Origin: Gammaproteobacteria bacterium
GTDB lineage: Bacteria; Pseudomonadota; Gammaproteobacteria; Ga0077536
NCBI GenBank assembly: GCA_963662545.2
Contig: CAXXLL010000002.1
Span: 1,472,001-1,536,000, forward strand
DNA: 64,000 nucleotides
Direction: 5' to 3'
Shown here: in pieces, positions 9,878 to 18,811 of the stretch
Layout: each line of letters begins with the position of its first letter
Position numbering within the stretch: the first letter of the stretch is position 1
Notes under the pieces: model-generated
Database searches by the model: none
The model's input: only the letters and a program-made list of their open reading frames with translations
What the model was told of the DNA's origin: nothing
Program-made: the position numbers and the translations under genes

Positions 9878-11896
9878 TTATCCGCGGGTGACATGGACTT
9901 CGGTCGAATGCACGCTGGTGCTCCCACCCATGTCGGCCATGCGCGCCCGGTGAACGAAATTCACGTTAGTTCGCGACCCTTCGAGGCGCGGCCAGCGTCC
10001 CTTGTAGGAGACGACAGTGCCGGGCAATACGCGGTCGTCGATCCGTGCCGTAAGTTCAATCGCGCCGGTTTTGTTCGATACCTTGACCGGCCCGCCGTCA
10101 TCAATTCCCAGACGTTCGGCATCGGCGGGATGCAGGTGCAGCGCGGCCGGCCCTGACTGCTCGTCGATGTGTGGATCATTCGAATAAGAGTCGTTCATCC
10201 GCCATTTTGACGCTGGCGTCAGCAATCTCATGCCGCCCTTGCCCGCCGGGGCATCCGCCCACGGCTGCGGCGTGCGCGGTAGACCCATTTCCTCCGCCTG
10301 CGCTGAGGCGATTTCAATCTTGCCGCTGGGGGTGTCGAATTTCTGATCAGCGAACATCGGCATCGGTTCATCGCCGAGCGCGAAATAACCACGGCGCTTG
10401 AGCTCCTCGAAATCGAAGCCGGGGGCCATCTGCCCCATCATCGTCGCGAGCAGGGTTTCGTCGGATTCAAACAAGGCCGGTTCGTCGAGCTTCATTGCCC
10501 CGGCGAGGCGGCGGAAAATTTCTGCGTTTGGTAGTGACTCGCCCATGGGTTCGGAGATTTTGGCCTGCGCCCCCATGTGAAGATGAAAATAACTGAAAGT
10601 GAGGTCATCGTATTCGAGGAAGCTGGCAGCGGGCAGTACGATATCCGCGCAAGTCGCGGTATCGGTCATGAAGACGTCGCAGACGACCGTGAAGAGATCG
10701 TCGCGTTCGAGCGCCTTGCGCAGACGCGTTTGCTCGGGCGCAGAAGCGAGCGGGTTGGTATTCCACGAGAAAAAGACATTGAATTCGTCGGGATCGGCCA
10801 AGCGGCTGGCGAGTTCCATGTGACTGACTGTCTTACCGCCGTCCTTTGCGAGGGCTGCACCGCCGAGCCAGTCGAGGTCGATACCGGCGAAGATCGGTGT
10901 GATATTGAGATAACAGAAACCGGCGCCGGGCTTGCCGACGTTGCCGGTCACAGCCGGCAGCAGGCCGGCCGCCCGCATGACGTTGCCGCCTGTCGCCTGT
11001 CGCTGCAGTGCCTGGCCACACCAGAGCAGGGACGGACCCTCCCCATAGATCGCGGCCGCGCGCTCGATGTCGGCGACAGGCACGCCGCTCTTTTCTGCGC
11101 CCCAGGCGGGCGTCGCGCGTTCGATGTCGTCATTGATTTCCTCGATCCCGACGGTATGTTCGGCAATGTAGGCCTCGTCGAAGCGGCCGTCGCGTTTGAG
11201 GCAATGCAGGAGGCTGAAAGCCAGCGCCGCGTCGGTGCCGGGCCGGGGTTGCAGATGCAGGTCCGCGGCCTCGGCCGTTTCCGTACGAATGGGATCGATG
11301 ACGATCAGCTTGCCCGGCGCTTCCGGCAGCCAGTGATCGTGCGCGTGCGGCGCTGAATGTGACGGGTTTGCGCCCCAGACCAGGATGCATTTCGCATCCT
11401 TCGCGGTACGGGGATCGAAGCCCATGACGGAATTACCGAACTGCAAGTGCCAGGCGACGTGTCCGGCCGCGTTGCAGATGCTGTCCGGGTCGACCTCCGA
11501 GGCGCCGAGATAGGTGAACAGACGATTGGGAAAGAGATATCCGATGAGCGACAAGGTGCCGGAGTAGTGCGTGTGCAGGATGGAGGCCGCGCCGCGGTTG
11601 TCAATCGCGCCCTGCATCTTCTCCGCAACTGTCCGCAAAGCTTCGTCCCAGGAGATCGGTTCGAACGCAGTCGAACCCCTGGCTCCGACCCGACGTAAGG
11701 GCGTCTGCAGCCGGGCATTGGGATCCTGCCACACGCCGTTATAGGCGACGGCACATTTGCTGCAGAGCTTGCCCCGCGAGACCGGGTGGTCCGGGTCGCC
11801 CAGTACGCGGTGTCGGCCGTCGTCGCGGCGTTCGACGACGATACCGCAACCGTCATAACAGTCCCTCGGACAATTGGTCTTAATGCGATTGATCAT
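9878..11896 (-). CDS. Molybdopterin-dependent oxidoreductase (DMSO reductase superfamily)
   Basis: 4Fe-4S motif CPRDCYDGC...LC, IDPIRTETA, RPGTDAALA, ADIVLPA, LHPADA. Confidence 0.93.
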   Translation of the reverse strand: MINRIKTNCPRDCYDGCGIVVERRDDGRHRVLGDPDHPVSRGKLCSKCAVAYNGVWQDPNARLQTPLRRVGARGSTAFEPISWDEALRTVAEKMQGAIDNRGAASILHTHYSGTLSLIGYLFPNRLFTYLGASEVDPDSICNAAGHVAWHLQFGNSVMGFDPRTAKDAKCILVWGANPSHSAPHAHDHWLPEAPGKLIVIDPIRTETAEAADLHLQPRPGTDAALAFSLLHCLKRDGRFDEAYIAEHTVGIEEINDDIERATPAWGAEKSGVPVADIERAAAIYGEGPSLLWCGQALQRQATGGNVMRAAGLLPAVTGNVGKPGAGFCYLNITPIFAGIDLDWLGGAALAKDGGKTVSHMELASRLADPDEFNVFFSWNTNPLASAPEQTRLRKALERDDLFTVVCDVFMTDTATCADIVLPAASFLEYDDLTFSYFHLHMGAQAKISEPMGESLPNAEIFRRLAGAMKLDEPALFESDETLLATMMGQMAPGFDFEELKRRGYFALGDEPMPMFADQKFDTPSGKIEIASAQAEEMGLPRTPQPWADAPAGKGGMRLLTPASKWRMNDSYSNDPHIDEQSGPAALHLHPADAERLGIDDGGPVKVSNKTGAIELTARIDDRVLPGTVVSYKGRWPRLEGSRTNVNFVHRARMADMGGSTSVHSTEVHVTRG

Positions 11897-11989
11897 CGTC
11901 GTGTTCTCCCGTCCGTAGTTTCGTTCTGTCGAGGATAGAAAGTTCGGTTTGGTGATTCGATGACCTGGACGATCAAGCTTGCCCGCTCG

Positions 11990-12640
11990 TCAGGCTACTT
12001 TCTGATTGGCCCATCGTTCGTAATGCGTCTTGGTCTCCACCGGATCGCGTGACACCGGTCCGAATTTGCCTTTCGGAAAACCGATGGGAATGGTCGCGAT
12101 GACGCCGTACTCTTTTGGGATCCCGAACCGTTCATGCAGTTCCTCCTCGAACATCTGGTGCATGGTCGTCAGGCTTGCGCCAAGCCCTAATGCGCGGCAC
12201 GCCAGCAAGATATTCTGTACGCAGGGATACACCGATCCATAAGACGGTGGCGCCAGTCCTACGCGATCCTTTTCCGCCACCGAGAAAGGCCAGTCACGCT
12301 TGCCGCAGACCATCAGGAGCACGGGCGCCTCGTGCATGTGCTCTGCTAAGTACATGGCCGCCTTGACGCTGCGCCCGAGCGGCGATTGATAATTCACGTC
12401 TTTCAAAGCGTCGCCGAAGCGTTCCTTCATCCAGTGATGATAACGCTCGCCGAAGAACCGCTTACCGTCGGGCTCGGTGACGACGAGAAACGCCCAGCGC
12501 TGTGTATTCTGGCCGCTCGGCGCACTGATGCCGGCTTTGAGAATCTTGTGGATCATTTCCGCCGGTACGGGATCGGTCTTGAGCCGCCGCATCGAGCGGA
12601 GCGAATGCATGATTTCAAAGACGCCGGGGTCGTCACTCAT
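11990..12640 (-). CDS. Nitroreductase family protein
   Basis: RSMRR, APSGQNTQRW, QNILLACRALGLG, IPIGFP. Confidence 0.92.
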   Translation of the reverse strand: MSDDPGVFEIMHSLRSMRRLKTDPVPAEMIHKILKAGISAPSGQNTQRWAFLVVTEPDGKRFFGERYHHWMKERFGDALKDVNYQSPLGRSVKAAMYLAEHMHEAPVLLMVCGKRDWPFSVAEKDRVGLAPPSYGSVYPCVQNILLACRALGLGASLTTMHQMFEEELHERFGIPKEYGVIATIPIGFPKGKFGPVSRDPVETKTHYERWANQKVA

Positions 12641-12703
12641 CGGTACTGAACTCCAAATTGTTGGGACGCCAATGTATAGGTTCTCGGTGCGTAACGCGAT
12701 GCT

Positions 12704-12794
12704 AAAAATAAAAAAAAATAAAAAAAAATAAAAAGAAAAAGGTGTCAGGTCTATTTATTGACCCTTGTTATAAAAATAAACGCATCCCCTTTTT
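12704..12794. repeat. A-rich stutter plus RAYT-associated REP-like inverted doublet
   Basis: A-runs separated by T, then AAAAAGAAAAAGGTGTCAGGTCTATTTATT ... AAATAAACGCATCCCCTTTTT. Confidence 0.8.
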
Positions 12795-12819
12795 CTGTGA
12801 GACGGGACTGGCCACTCGT

Positions 12820-13374
12820 TCACTCCGCATATCTGCCCAATGCGGCGTCACCCTGTCCGTCTGCAATGGCCACTCGGGAGAAATATCGATATCCGAAAGC
12901 ACCTTGCCGAATCCCAACCTCTAGCGCAGTCGTGCCGGGCTTAATGTGTTTGTACAATGCAGCGTTGACCCGCAGCGGAATGTATCGAGTCGGATCCCAC
13001 CAGGATTGGACCAACGCAAAATATCTCGGTCCGTATCGCGGTGAATGGCTAACATCTGTGTTGTTGACCCAAAGTTCGTAGATCTCGGGATCCGAGGTAT
13101 CGAGCGCGACATTCAATCCCGCAAAGGAGCTCCACACGAATACAAATGTACCTGCCGCCATGAAGGTCAACGCAGCCGAATCCAACGACTTTTCGTTCTT
13201 GATCATTAAGGCCCCGCAAATGGGCAGAACAATAAGAGCACTAGCCAAGGCCCAAATGAACGACGGTCCGGCGTCGGTATGCGTTACGAATTGAACATGT
13301 CCCCCGGACCCGAAGAAAAAAATCAGGAGGCCTGTGAGGAATAGGACAGCGCCAAGGATTCTTAACGACTTCAC
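12820..13374 (-). CDS. Hypothetical membrane protein (cargo between REP-like repeats)
   Basis: Three hydrophobic segments plus C-terminal soluble domain ending IRQGAFGY; the GTG start abuts the repeat, so it may be 5'-truncated. Confidence 0.65.
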   Translation of the reverse strand: MKSLRILGAVLFLTGLLIFFFGSGGHVQFVTHTDAGPSFIWALASALIVLPICGALMIKNEKSLDSAALTFMAAGTFVFVWSSFAGLNVALDTSDPEIYELWVNNTDVSHSPRYGPRYFALVQSWWDPTRYIPLRVNAALYKHIKPGTTALEVGIRQGAFGYRYFSRVAIADGQGDAALGRYAE

Positions 13375-13451
13375 AAAAAAGGGTCAGGTTTATATGTTGA
13401 CTCGGACTTCACAAAAAGGCACAAAAAGGTGTCGGGTTTATATATTGACTC
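13367..13451 (+). repeat. Two direct REP-like copies upstream of RAYT with duplicated junction sequence
   Basis: GACTTCACAAAAAA-GGGTCAGGTTTATATGTTGACTC and GACTTCACAAAAA-GGC-ACAAAAA-GGTGTCGGGTTTATATATTGACTC. Confidence 0.85.
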
Positions 13452-13473
13452 ATATTGCCAAGGATTCTAACGT
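13445..13473 (+). promoter_or_regulatory. Sigma70-like promoter for RAYT
   Basis: TTGACT-17 nt-TAACGT; the -35 lies inside the repeat; AAGGAGG RBS follows. Confidence 0.6.
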
Positions 13474-13503
13474 ACCGCAGACAAGGAACAAGGAGGTTCC
13501 GTC

Positions 13504-14214
13504 ATGCCAAGATATCTACGCGCCCTATTGCCCGGCTATCCCCATCACATCATTCAGCGCGGCCACGATCGCCAGTCGGTATTCGCTAACGACTCGGATT
13601 TTCGTGTCTACCTGGATAATCTCAGCGAACAAATCAATGTACTGAATGTTTCTCTGTTCAGTTACTGCCTGATGACCAACCCTATTCATCTTCTGGTTCA
13701 ACCGGAACGAGACGGCGCCGATCTGTCGCGCCTGATGCGCATTGTGGCAGCGAGACAAACCCGATACATCAATCGGCTGGAGCACCGGACAGGTACGCTT
13801 TGGGAAGGGCGGTTCAAGTGCAGCATTGTCGATTTCGAGAAGTATTTGCTTGCCTGTTGCCGCTATATCGAATTGAACCCGGTTCGCGCCGGGATGGTAC
13901 GCGAACCGGCGGAATATACGTGGTCGAGTTATCGCCAGCGTGTTGGTCTTGAGGCACCAGCAATAGCGTTGGCATCACTGCGTTTGGACAGCAATCAGGC
14001 TTGAGGCGAAGACGAAGAACGTCGATGCTACGAAATGTTCGTCGCTGAAGAGCGATCAACTCATCAGAACGAATCAATCGCAACGGCCGTTAATCGCAAT
14101 CAGCTCACAGGCGATAACCGGTTCCGTGAAGAGATAGAACAGAAACTTGGCAGGCGCGTTAATGATCGAGCGCCCGGCAGACCAAGAAAACCGGCGGCGG
14201 AGGATATCGCTTGA
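13504..14214 (+). pseudogene. REP-associated tyrosine transposase (RAYT, Y1 HUH), inactivated
   Basis: HHIIQRGHDR, YCLMTNPIHLL (HUH His to Pro), LWEGRFK, RYIELNPVRAG, WSSY. In-frame TGA at 14002, after which the same frame continues with the typical tail NRNQLTG...GRPRK to TGA at 14214. Confidence 0.92.
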
Positions 14215-14245
14215 AAATAAACCTGACACCTTTTTCTTTTTCTTT
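14215..14245. repeat. Inverted REP-like copy with T-rich stutter
   Basis: AAATAAACCTGACACCTTTTTCTTTTT is the reverse complement of 12730-12756 at 26/27 positions. Confidence 0.88.
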
Positions 14246-14289
14246 CCCGGGGAGGCTTGGATTAAAAACAAAAACCCCGCACTGAGGCG

Positions 14290-15718
14290 CAATGCTGTTC
14301 ACTTAAGAGGAATAGCCTGTCGATTGATGGGGTAATGGGTTTTTGAAATCTTAACGGCCCTAGGCCTCGATGGCCTAGGGCGTTTTTCTATAAACAGGTC
14401 ACCCAAACATCCTCTGAGTTCCTTTAGCCGCCTGGGTGTGTGGCCAGGCGATACGGCGCCAGCCATCACGATCAGCTGTGTGGCAATAAACTGAAAAGCA
14501 AATTTGAAGCTCATATCAGCGGGTGACCGGTGGTGTTCGACAGCGGCCAGAGAGGCTTCCCTGCGGATCAGGTTATAAGCGAGCAGCAAGCCCCAGAGTT
14601 CTTGATAGACCAAGTCAACCTTCTTACTACGAAGGGTGATCGCATTGTTTTGCATCGAGCTTTTAATATCTCTAAAACCCAACTCAATTTCCCAACGTTC
14701 ATGATATAAATTGGCGACCTGCTGGGCGCTATAGTGTGCGGCGGGCAAAGAAGTGAATACCGTCTTTTCCTTCCCTGCAACATCGTAGGTAAGCGCGCGA
14801 GCAAGCCAATACTCAGGTAAGGACGGATGGCGCTTCCTGGCCTGATGCGAGACCTTCATTTTCACGAGGCGGTCACCTTTGCCATATTGTTCAATCACCT
14901 CATAAACCAGGTTCTTCTTGGCTGGGATTAACCAATGACGTTGATGGCCTTTCTCACTGATATCAAGGAGCAATTTCGCACTGAAAAAGCCTTTATCTAA
15001 GAGGGTTATAGACTGATTAGGGATCCCCGCAATAAATTCTTCAGCGATCCGAATTTCCCCTTTCCGATAGGGGCTGATAGCGGCGTCAGCAATGACATGT
15101 GACCGGACATTCATCAACGCCACCAGTCTTAACATCGGGAAGGGCGTTTGGTACTTGGTGCCCGTGTTGCCCGAGCCAAAATGTTCACGTAATTGCGGCG
15201 ACTCTTGGGTGCGAAATAACGCGCCATCAATCGCAAACAGCTGCAAGCCATTCCAATCATCTTGCGGGTAACGCTCATGACCCCAGACCTGTGCGCATTG
15301 CCTGAACAACCATTTCATCGGCTCCTCACCCAGACGTTGTCGTGCTTGGGATAGCGCACTACGAGCCAATAATTCTTCTGTTGCCAGACCTTCCGCACAA
15401 ATATTTAGGCGCCTGGCCACTTCACTGATCGGTTCGTTTCGGAACATCGCCATGCCGATCACCAACCACAGCACCATATCTTCAGGTAAGCGTCGGCGAC
15501 GGATCGTCGCGTGTGACGATAATGATAGGGACGTTTTTATCCACTGTTTGGGGAGATGGTCGATCAGGACATCAAATGACCGGCCAAAATTATCTGAAAA
15601 CGCCTGCGTTTCACCAATCGCCTGGAATAAAGACACAAAAAATCCGGTATCAAAATCAATTGATACCGGATACTGATCCTGCTTTTACCCTAATTCAATG
15701 CTTAACTGATCAGCATTG
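14290..15718 (-). mobile_element. IS4-family insertion sequence, 1429 bp, 12-bp TSD
   Basis: TIR CAATGCTGTTCACTTAAG / CTTAACTGATCAGCATTG; CGCACTGAGGCG duplicated at 14278-14289 and 15719-15730. Confidence 0.95.
14299..15636 (-). CDS. IS4 family DDE transposase
   Basis: FAIDG, LLDKGF, YHERWEIELGFRDIK (YREK motif); RRRRLP N-terminal domain. Confidence 0.96.
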   Translation of the reverse strand: MSLFQAIGETQAFSDNFGRSFDVLIDHLPKQWIKTSLSLSSHATIRRRRLPEDMVLWLVIGMAMFRNEPISEVARRLNICAEGLATEELLARSALSQARQRLGEEPMKWLFRQCAQVWGHERYPQDDWNGLQLFAIDGALFRTQESPQLREHFGSGNTGTKYQTPFPMLRLVALMNVRSHVIADAAISPYRKGEIRIAEEFIAGIPNQSITLLDKGFFSAKLLLDISEKGHQRHWLIPAKKNLVYEVIEQYGKGDRLVKMKVSHQARKRHPSLPEYWLARALTYDVAGKEKTVFTSLPAAHYSAQQVANLYHERWEIELGFRDIKSSMQNNAITLRSKKVDLVYQELWGLLLAYNLIRREASLAAVEHHRSPADMSFKFAFQFIATQLIVMAGAVSPGHTPRRLKELRGCLGDLFIEKRPRPSRPRAVKISKTHYPINRQAIPLK

Positions 15719-15763
15719 CGCACTGAGGCGGGGTTTCGTATTCTGATAAATGGCTTGGGATCG

Positions 15764-16372
15764 TTAAGCTGCTTTACGCCTGCGAAAACCCAGCCCGGCT
15801 ACGGCTAAACCCATCAAGGCAAGGGTGGTGGGTTCCGGCGTCGTAACCCATAGTTCCGAGGTCTCGATCTCAAGCACCCAGTTTGTAGGGTCAACGTTCA
15901 CGGTGATGGTGTTGATACCGCTGACTAGATAGGCAGTCACGTCGAATATTGACCACGTAAGTAACGTAATGCCCGCAAGCGCCCCAGGGCCCGGCTGGAG
16001 ATTAAACAAGGCGCTATAGAGATTCTGGTTGGTCAATGTTCCAACAAGCATGCCGTTGACAATAACTTCGTCGATCTCCGGTCCCACACCATTGTTGTCC
16101 TGCTGTTCGTCTATTCCCTCGGCAGTGATATGGAGAATTGCTTCCTTCAAATGGTTCTCGTCGAAAATGATGTTGTGTTGCCAGGATACCGATGGGCCAC
16201 ATTGGAGTGGTATGCCGCCCGGATCTAACGCCGGATTAACCGAACAGCCCACCCCAAACACGTCTACCGTGTCGTGTATCATGGCTGCGCTGACACTACC
16301 AATGGCAGCTAACGAAAGAATGCAAACCGTTGCGGTCGCAAACGTGAATCTGAAAAGCTGTCGTGCTCTCAT
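15764..16372 (-). CDS. PEP-CTERM sorting-domain surface protein
   Basis: Start MRARQ after GAGGAG; signal peptide ending VSA; C-terminus TPEPTTLALMGLAVAGLGFRRRKAA. Confidence 0.92.
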   Translation of the reverse strand: MRARQLFRFTFATATVCILSLAAIGSVSAAMIHDTVDVFGVGCSVNPALDPGGIPLQCGPSVSWQHNIIFDENHLKEAILHITAEGIDEQQDNNGVGPEIDEVIVNGMLVGTLTNQNLYSALFNLQPGPGALAGITLLTWSIFDVTAYLVSGINTITVNVDPTNWVLEIETSELWVTTPEPTTLALMGLAVAGLGFRRRKAA

Positions 16373-16423
16373 GTTTTTGCTCTCCTCTCGTCTCGCCCCA
16401 ATAAAACCCATCTATCAAAATGG

Positions 16424-16439
16424 GCAAGAATCGCGCCAA
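16424..16439 (-). promoter_or_regulatory. Sigma54 (-24/-12) promoter
   Basis: Minus strand reads TTGGCGCGATTCTTGC, matching TGGC-N7-TTGC, 52 bp upstream of the PEP-CTERM start. Confidence 0.85.
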
Positions 16440-16502
16440 TATCGGCAACCCAATACATTTCAATGAGTTAGTCGAATCTCGTAGGGATGCCTTAACTCAA
16501 TT

Positions 16503-16741
16503 TGTAAAGAAAGCTGACACATTTTAATGGAGCTACTGCCGAACAAAACTCGGAAATTTGGAATTATGTTTAATTTACAATACGTTAAGTAATGATGACG
16601 ACGATTCAGCACGTGTAAAATTTTCTGACATGTGTGCTTACAGATCGCACCGCGGAATGTGCATCTTTGGCCAAAACCAACAGATTTCGTAATAATTTCC
16701 GTGGGTTATTGTGCGTCGGGGGCCTGTAAAATATCTTGACA
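16503..16741. promoter_or_regulatory. Three TGTAAA-N6-TGACA enhancer boxes (PEP-CTERM/PrsR-type)
   Basis: TGTAAAGAAAGCTGACA at 16503, TGTAAAATTTTCTGACA at 16614, TGTAAAATATCTTGACA at 16725. Confidence 0.8.
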
Positions 16742-16981
16742 AAACGCTAATCGCCTCTAAAACAGCGACTTAAATCCTTTCCAGCGGTCTACCCTGAAGG
16801 TCGGGGCGCCTCCCTCTCGGCGTTTCTCTGCTAGCCATTATGCATGCCGACTCGAGGAAGGCTGAGCCAAGTCAAAAGATGGCTCGAATTGCCGGGGCAG
16901 CCTCGCCGCGGTGGCGGTAACTTTGCCGGTATCAGGGAAAGCAGCAGGTCGAAATGATTGGCTAATTCAAGTTGAGGATGC

Positions 16982-18139
16982 TCAAGAACAAACCCTCGCC
17001 GCATCGAGCTGCCCCGTTAAAGTGCGGTGGAAATGTGCGAGCGCCGGCTCGTTCTCGCCAAAAACGATGTGGTCTTGCGCGCCCGAATGGAACCCCCGCT
17101 GGATGCCTTCACCAACCGGAAAGTCCTCTTTTTCGACGACATGGACGACGAGATCCATGTTGGCGTCCCAGTGACGCCGGTCGCTGTCCGTGACGGCGGG
17201 TTCCGGCGTGTAGAGCGACAGCAGCACCTTCGAATCCTCGGGGGCACCGTCGTCGGGATAAATCTGCCACAGTTCAGCGTGGTCCAGTTGCCATATCAAT
17301 ACGGTGTTTGGAAAGAAGACGTAGATGGCGACCATGTAGGGCAGCAGGTTCCAGCTCGATACCGGTTGCTGACGTATGTCCTCGATCGTGCGGCGCGCGG
17401 CGACCAGCCTGAAATGGGGGCCCCAGGTATCAAAGGTCGTCAAGTTCTCGTAGAAGATGGGGCAGATCGAGTCCTTGTGCAGCACGCAGAAATGGTAGGA
17501 CTCGAGAAAGGTGTCGATCAACAGTTTCCAGTTCATGCGGCGCTTGAGGAGGCGGCTCTCGTAATGGTGGAATCCGGCCAGATCGTATCCAGCGATCTCG
17601 TCGCCCAGCCCCTGTAGGTGATCCTCGAGGTTCAACACCTGGCCCGGCGCTGGTGAAACCCAAATGAGGCCGTCACGCTCGATCGCGGTCAATGGGGTGA
17701 GACCGTGGCGCTCCCGCGCCGCCGCCGCGAAAGAGGATTCCTCAGGTCGCGCGACGAGCTTGCCGTCAAGACCATAGGTCCAGGCGTGATAGGGGCAGAC
17801 GAAGGATCGACTCTTGCCGCAGGCTTCGGCCACGCGCGAGCCGCGATGGCGGCAGACGTTGAGCAGCGCGCGGACCTCGCCGTCGTCGGCCCGGGTCAAC
17901 ACGATGGGCAGGCCGCTCAAGTCGTGGGTGAAGTACGAACCGGGTTCCGGCAGGAGACCGCTCATGCCGACGCAAAGCGGGCGCTGTCGAAAGAAAACGC
18001 GTTCTTCTTCCGCCGCAATGTCGGGGCAGGTGTATTCGCGAACGGGCTGGCGATAGACCGCATCGGCCATCGCGGTGGTGCGGTTATCAATATAGTCGAA
18101 CAGCTGATGTCCGATCGCGATCTGTTCAGTGCGCTGCAT
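16982..18139 (-). CDS. Rieske aromatic-ring-hydroxylating oxygenase, alpha subunit
   Basis: CRHRG...CPYHAW Rieske motif; NWKL..DTFLESYH...LH mononuclear Fe ligands; EKED. Confidence 0.94.
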   Translation of the reverse strand: MQRTEQIAIGHQLFDYIDNRTTAMADAVYRQPVREYTCPDIAAEEERVFFRQRPLCVGMSGLLPEPGSYFTHDLSGLPIVLTRADDGEVRALLNVCRHRGSRVAEACGKSRSFVCPYHAWTYGLDGKLVARPEESSFAAAARERHGLTPLTAIERDGLIWVSPAPGQVLNLEDHLQGLGDEIAGYDLAGFHHYESRLLKRRMNWKLLIDTFLESYHFCVLHKDSICPIFYENLTTFDTWGPHFRLVAARRTIEDIRQQPVSSWNLLPYMVAIYVFFPNTVLIWQLDHAELWQIYPDDGAPEDSKVLLSLYTPEPAVTDSDRRHWDANMDLVVHVVEKEDFPVGEGIQRGFHSGAQDHIVFGENEPALAHFHRTLTGQLDAARVCS

Positions 18140-18308
18140 GCCTTGCTACCGGTATTAGCCGCGCTGAGTATAGCTGACCCACACTGCGCGGTTCCGCGTG
18201 TATCGGCATGGTCGGCACCGGACTCGCTCTGCGGAGGCGATAAACCACGGTCTGTTGTTCGGCCCTTTATCCGTGGCAGAAGTTACTCGACGGCTGGCAG
18301 TGGTCTGG

Positions 18309-18340
18309 AAAAAGAAAAGCCCGGCCGAAGCCGGGCTTTT
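18309..18340 (-). terminator. Rho-independent terminator
   Basis: Minus strand AAAAGCCCGGC-TTCG-GCCGGGCTTTTCTTTTT (cUUCGg loop). Confidence 0.88.
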
Positions 18341-18811
18341 GTGGCGACGATGTTGCGTTAGGTTCCGTCGCAGCGGGGGCTTATACGTTTATTTAGGCTG
18401 AACAAGCGCCGCGTGAGCGATATGTTAAATCAATTTGTGGCGCGAGTCGTCCCGCAAATCGGTGACCATCGCGGACGAGCTCAAAAACGCCGGGCAATGG
18501 CTTTAATTAGAAATAAGGCGAAAATAATCTATTAATACATTGATATTGATAATTATTTATCTTAATTATTATAGTTTAGTTTAAGTTTGATCCGGTAGGT
18601 AAAGCGGGGATGCACCGCACGATTCTGTAGCCGCGCCAGGTCCAGCATTCACGGCCGGGCCGGGCATGCCTCTAGAGCATCTACGTGATAGCTGCCAGCC
18701 TGCCGGGCGACCACGGCTGCGGTTCGGCGCGTGCCGCCGGCCGCGAGTCGGGTTACCCATCGACCGGATACGATTTGTAAAAAAATCTTGTTTTTCAAAA
18801 ACCTACCTATT

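Noticed and set aside
14002-14004. In-frame TGA in RAYT as possible selenocysteine
   Set aside because: Not a Cys or redox position, no SECIS-like hairpin follows, and the HUH motif is also broken; simple nonsense mutation.
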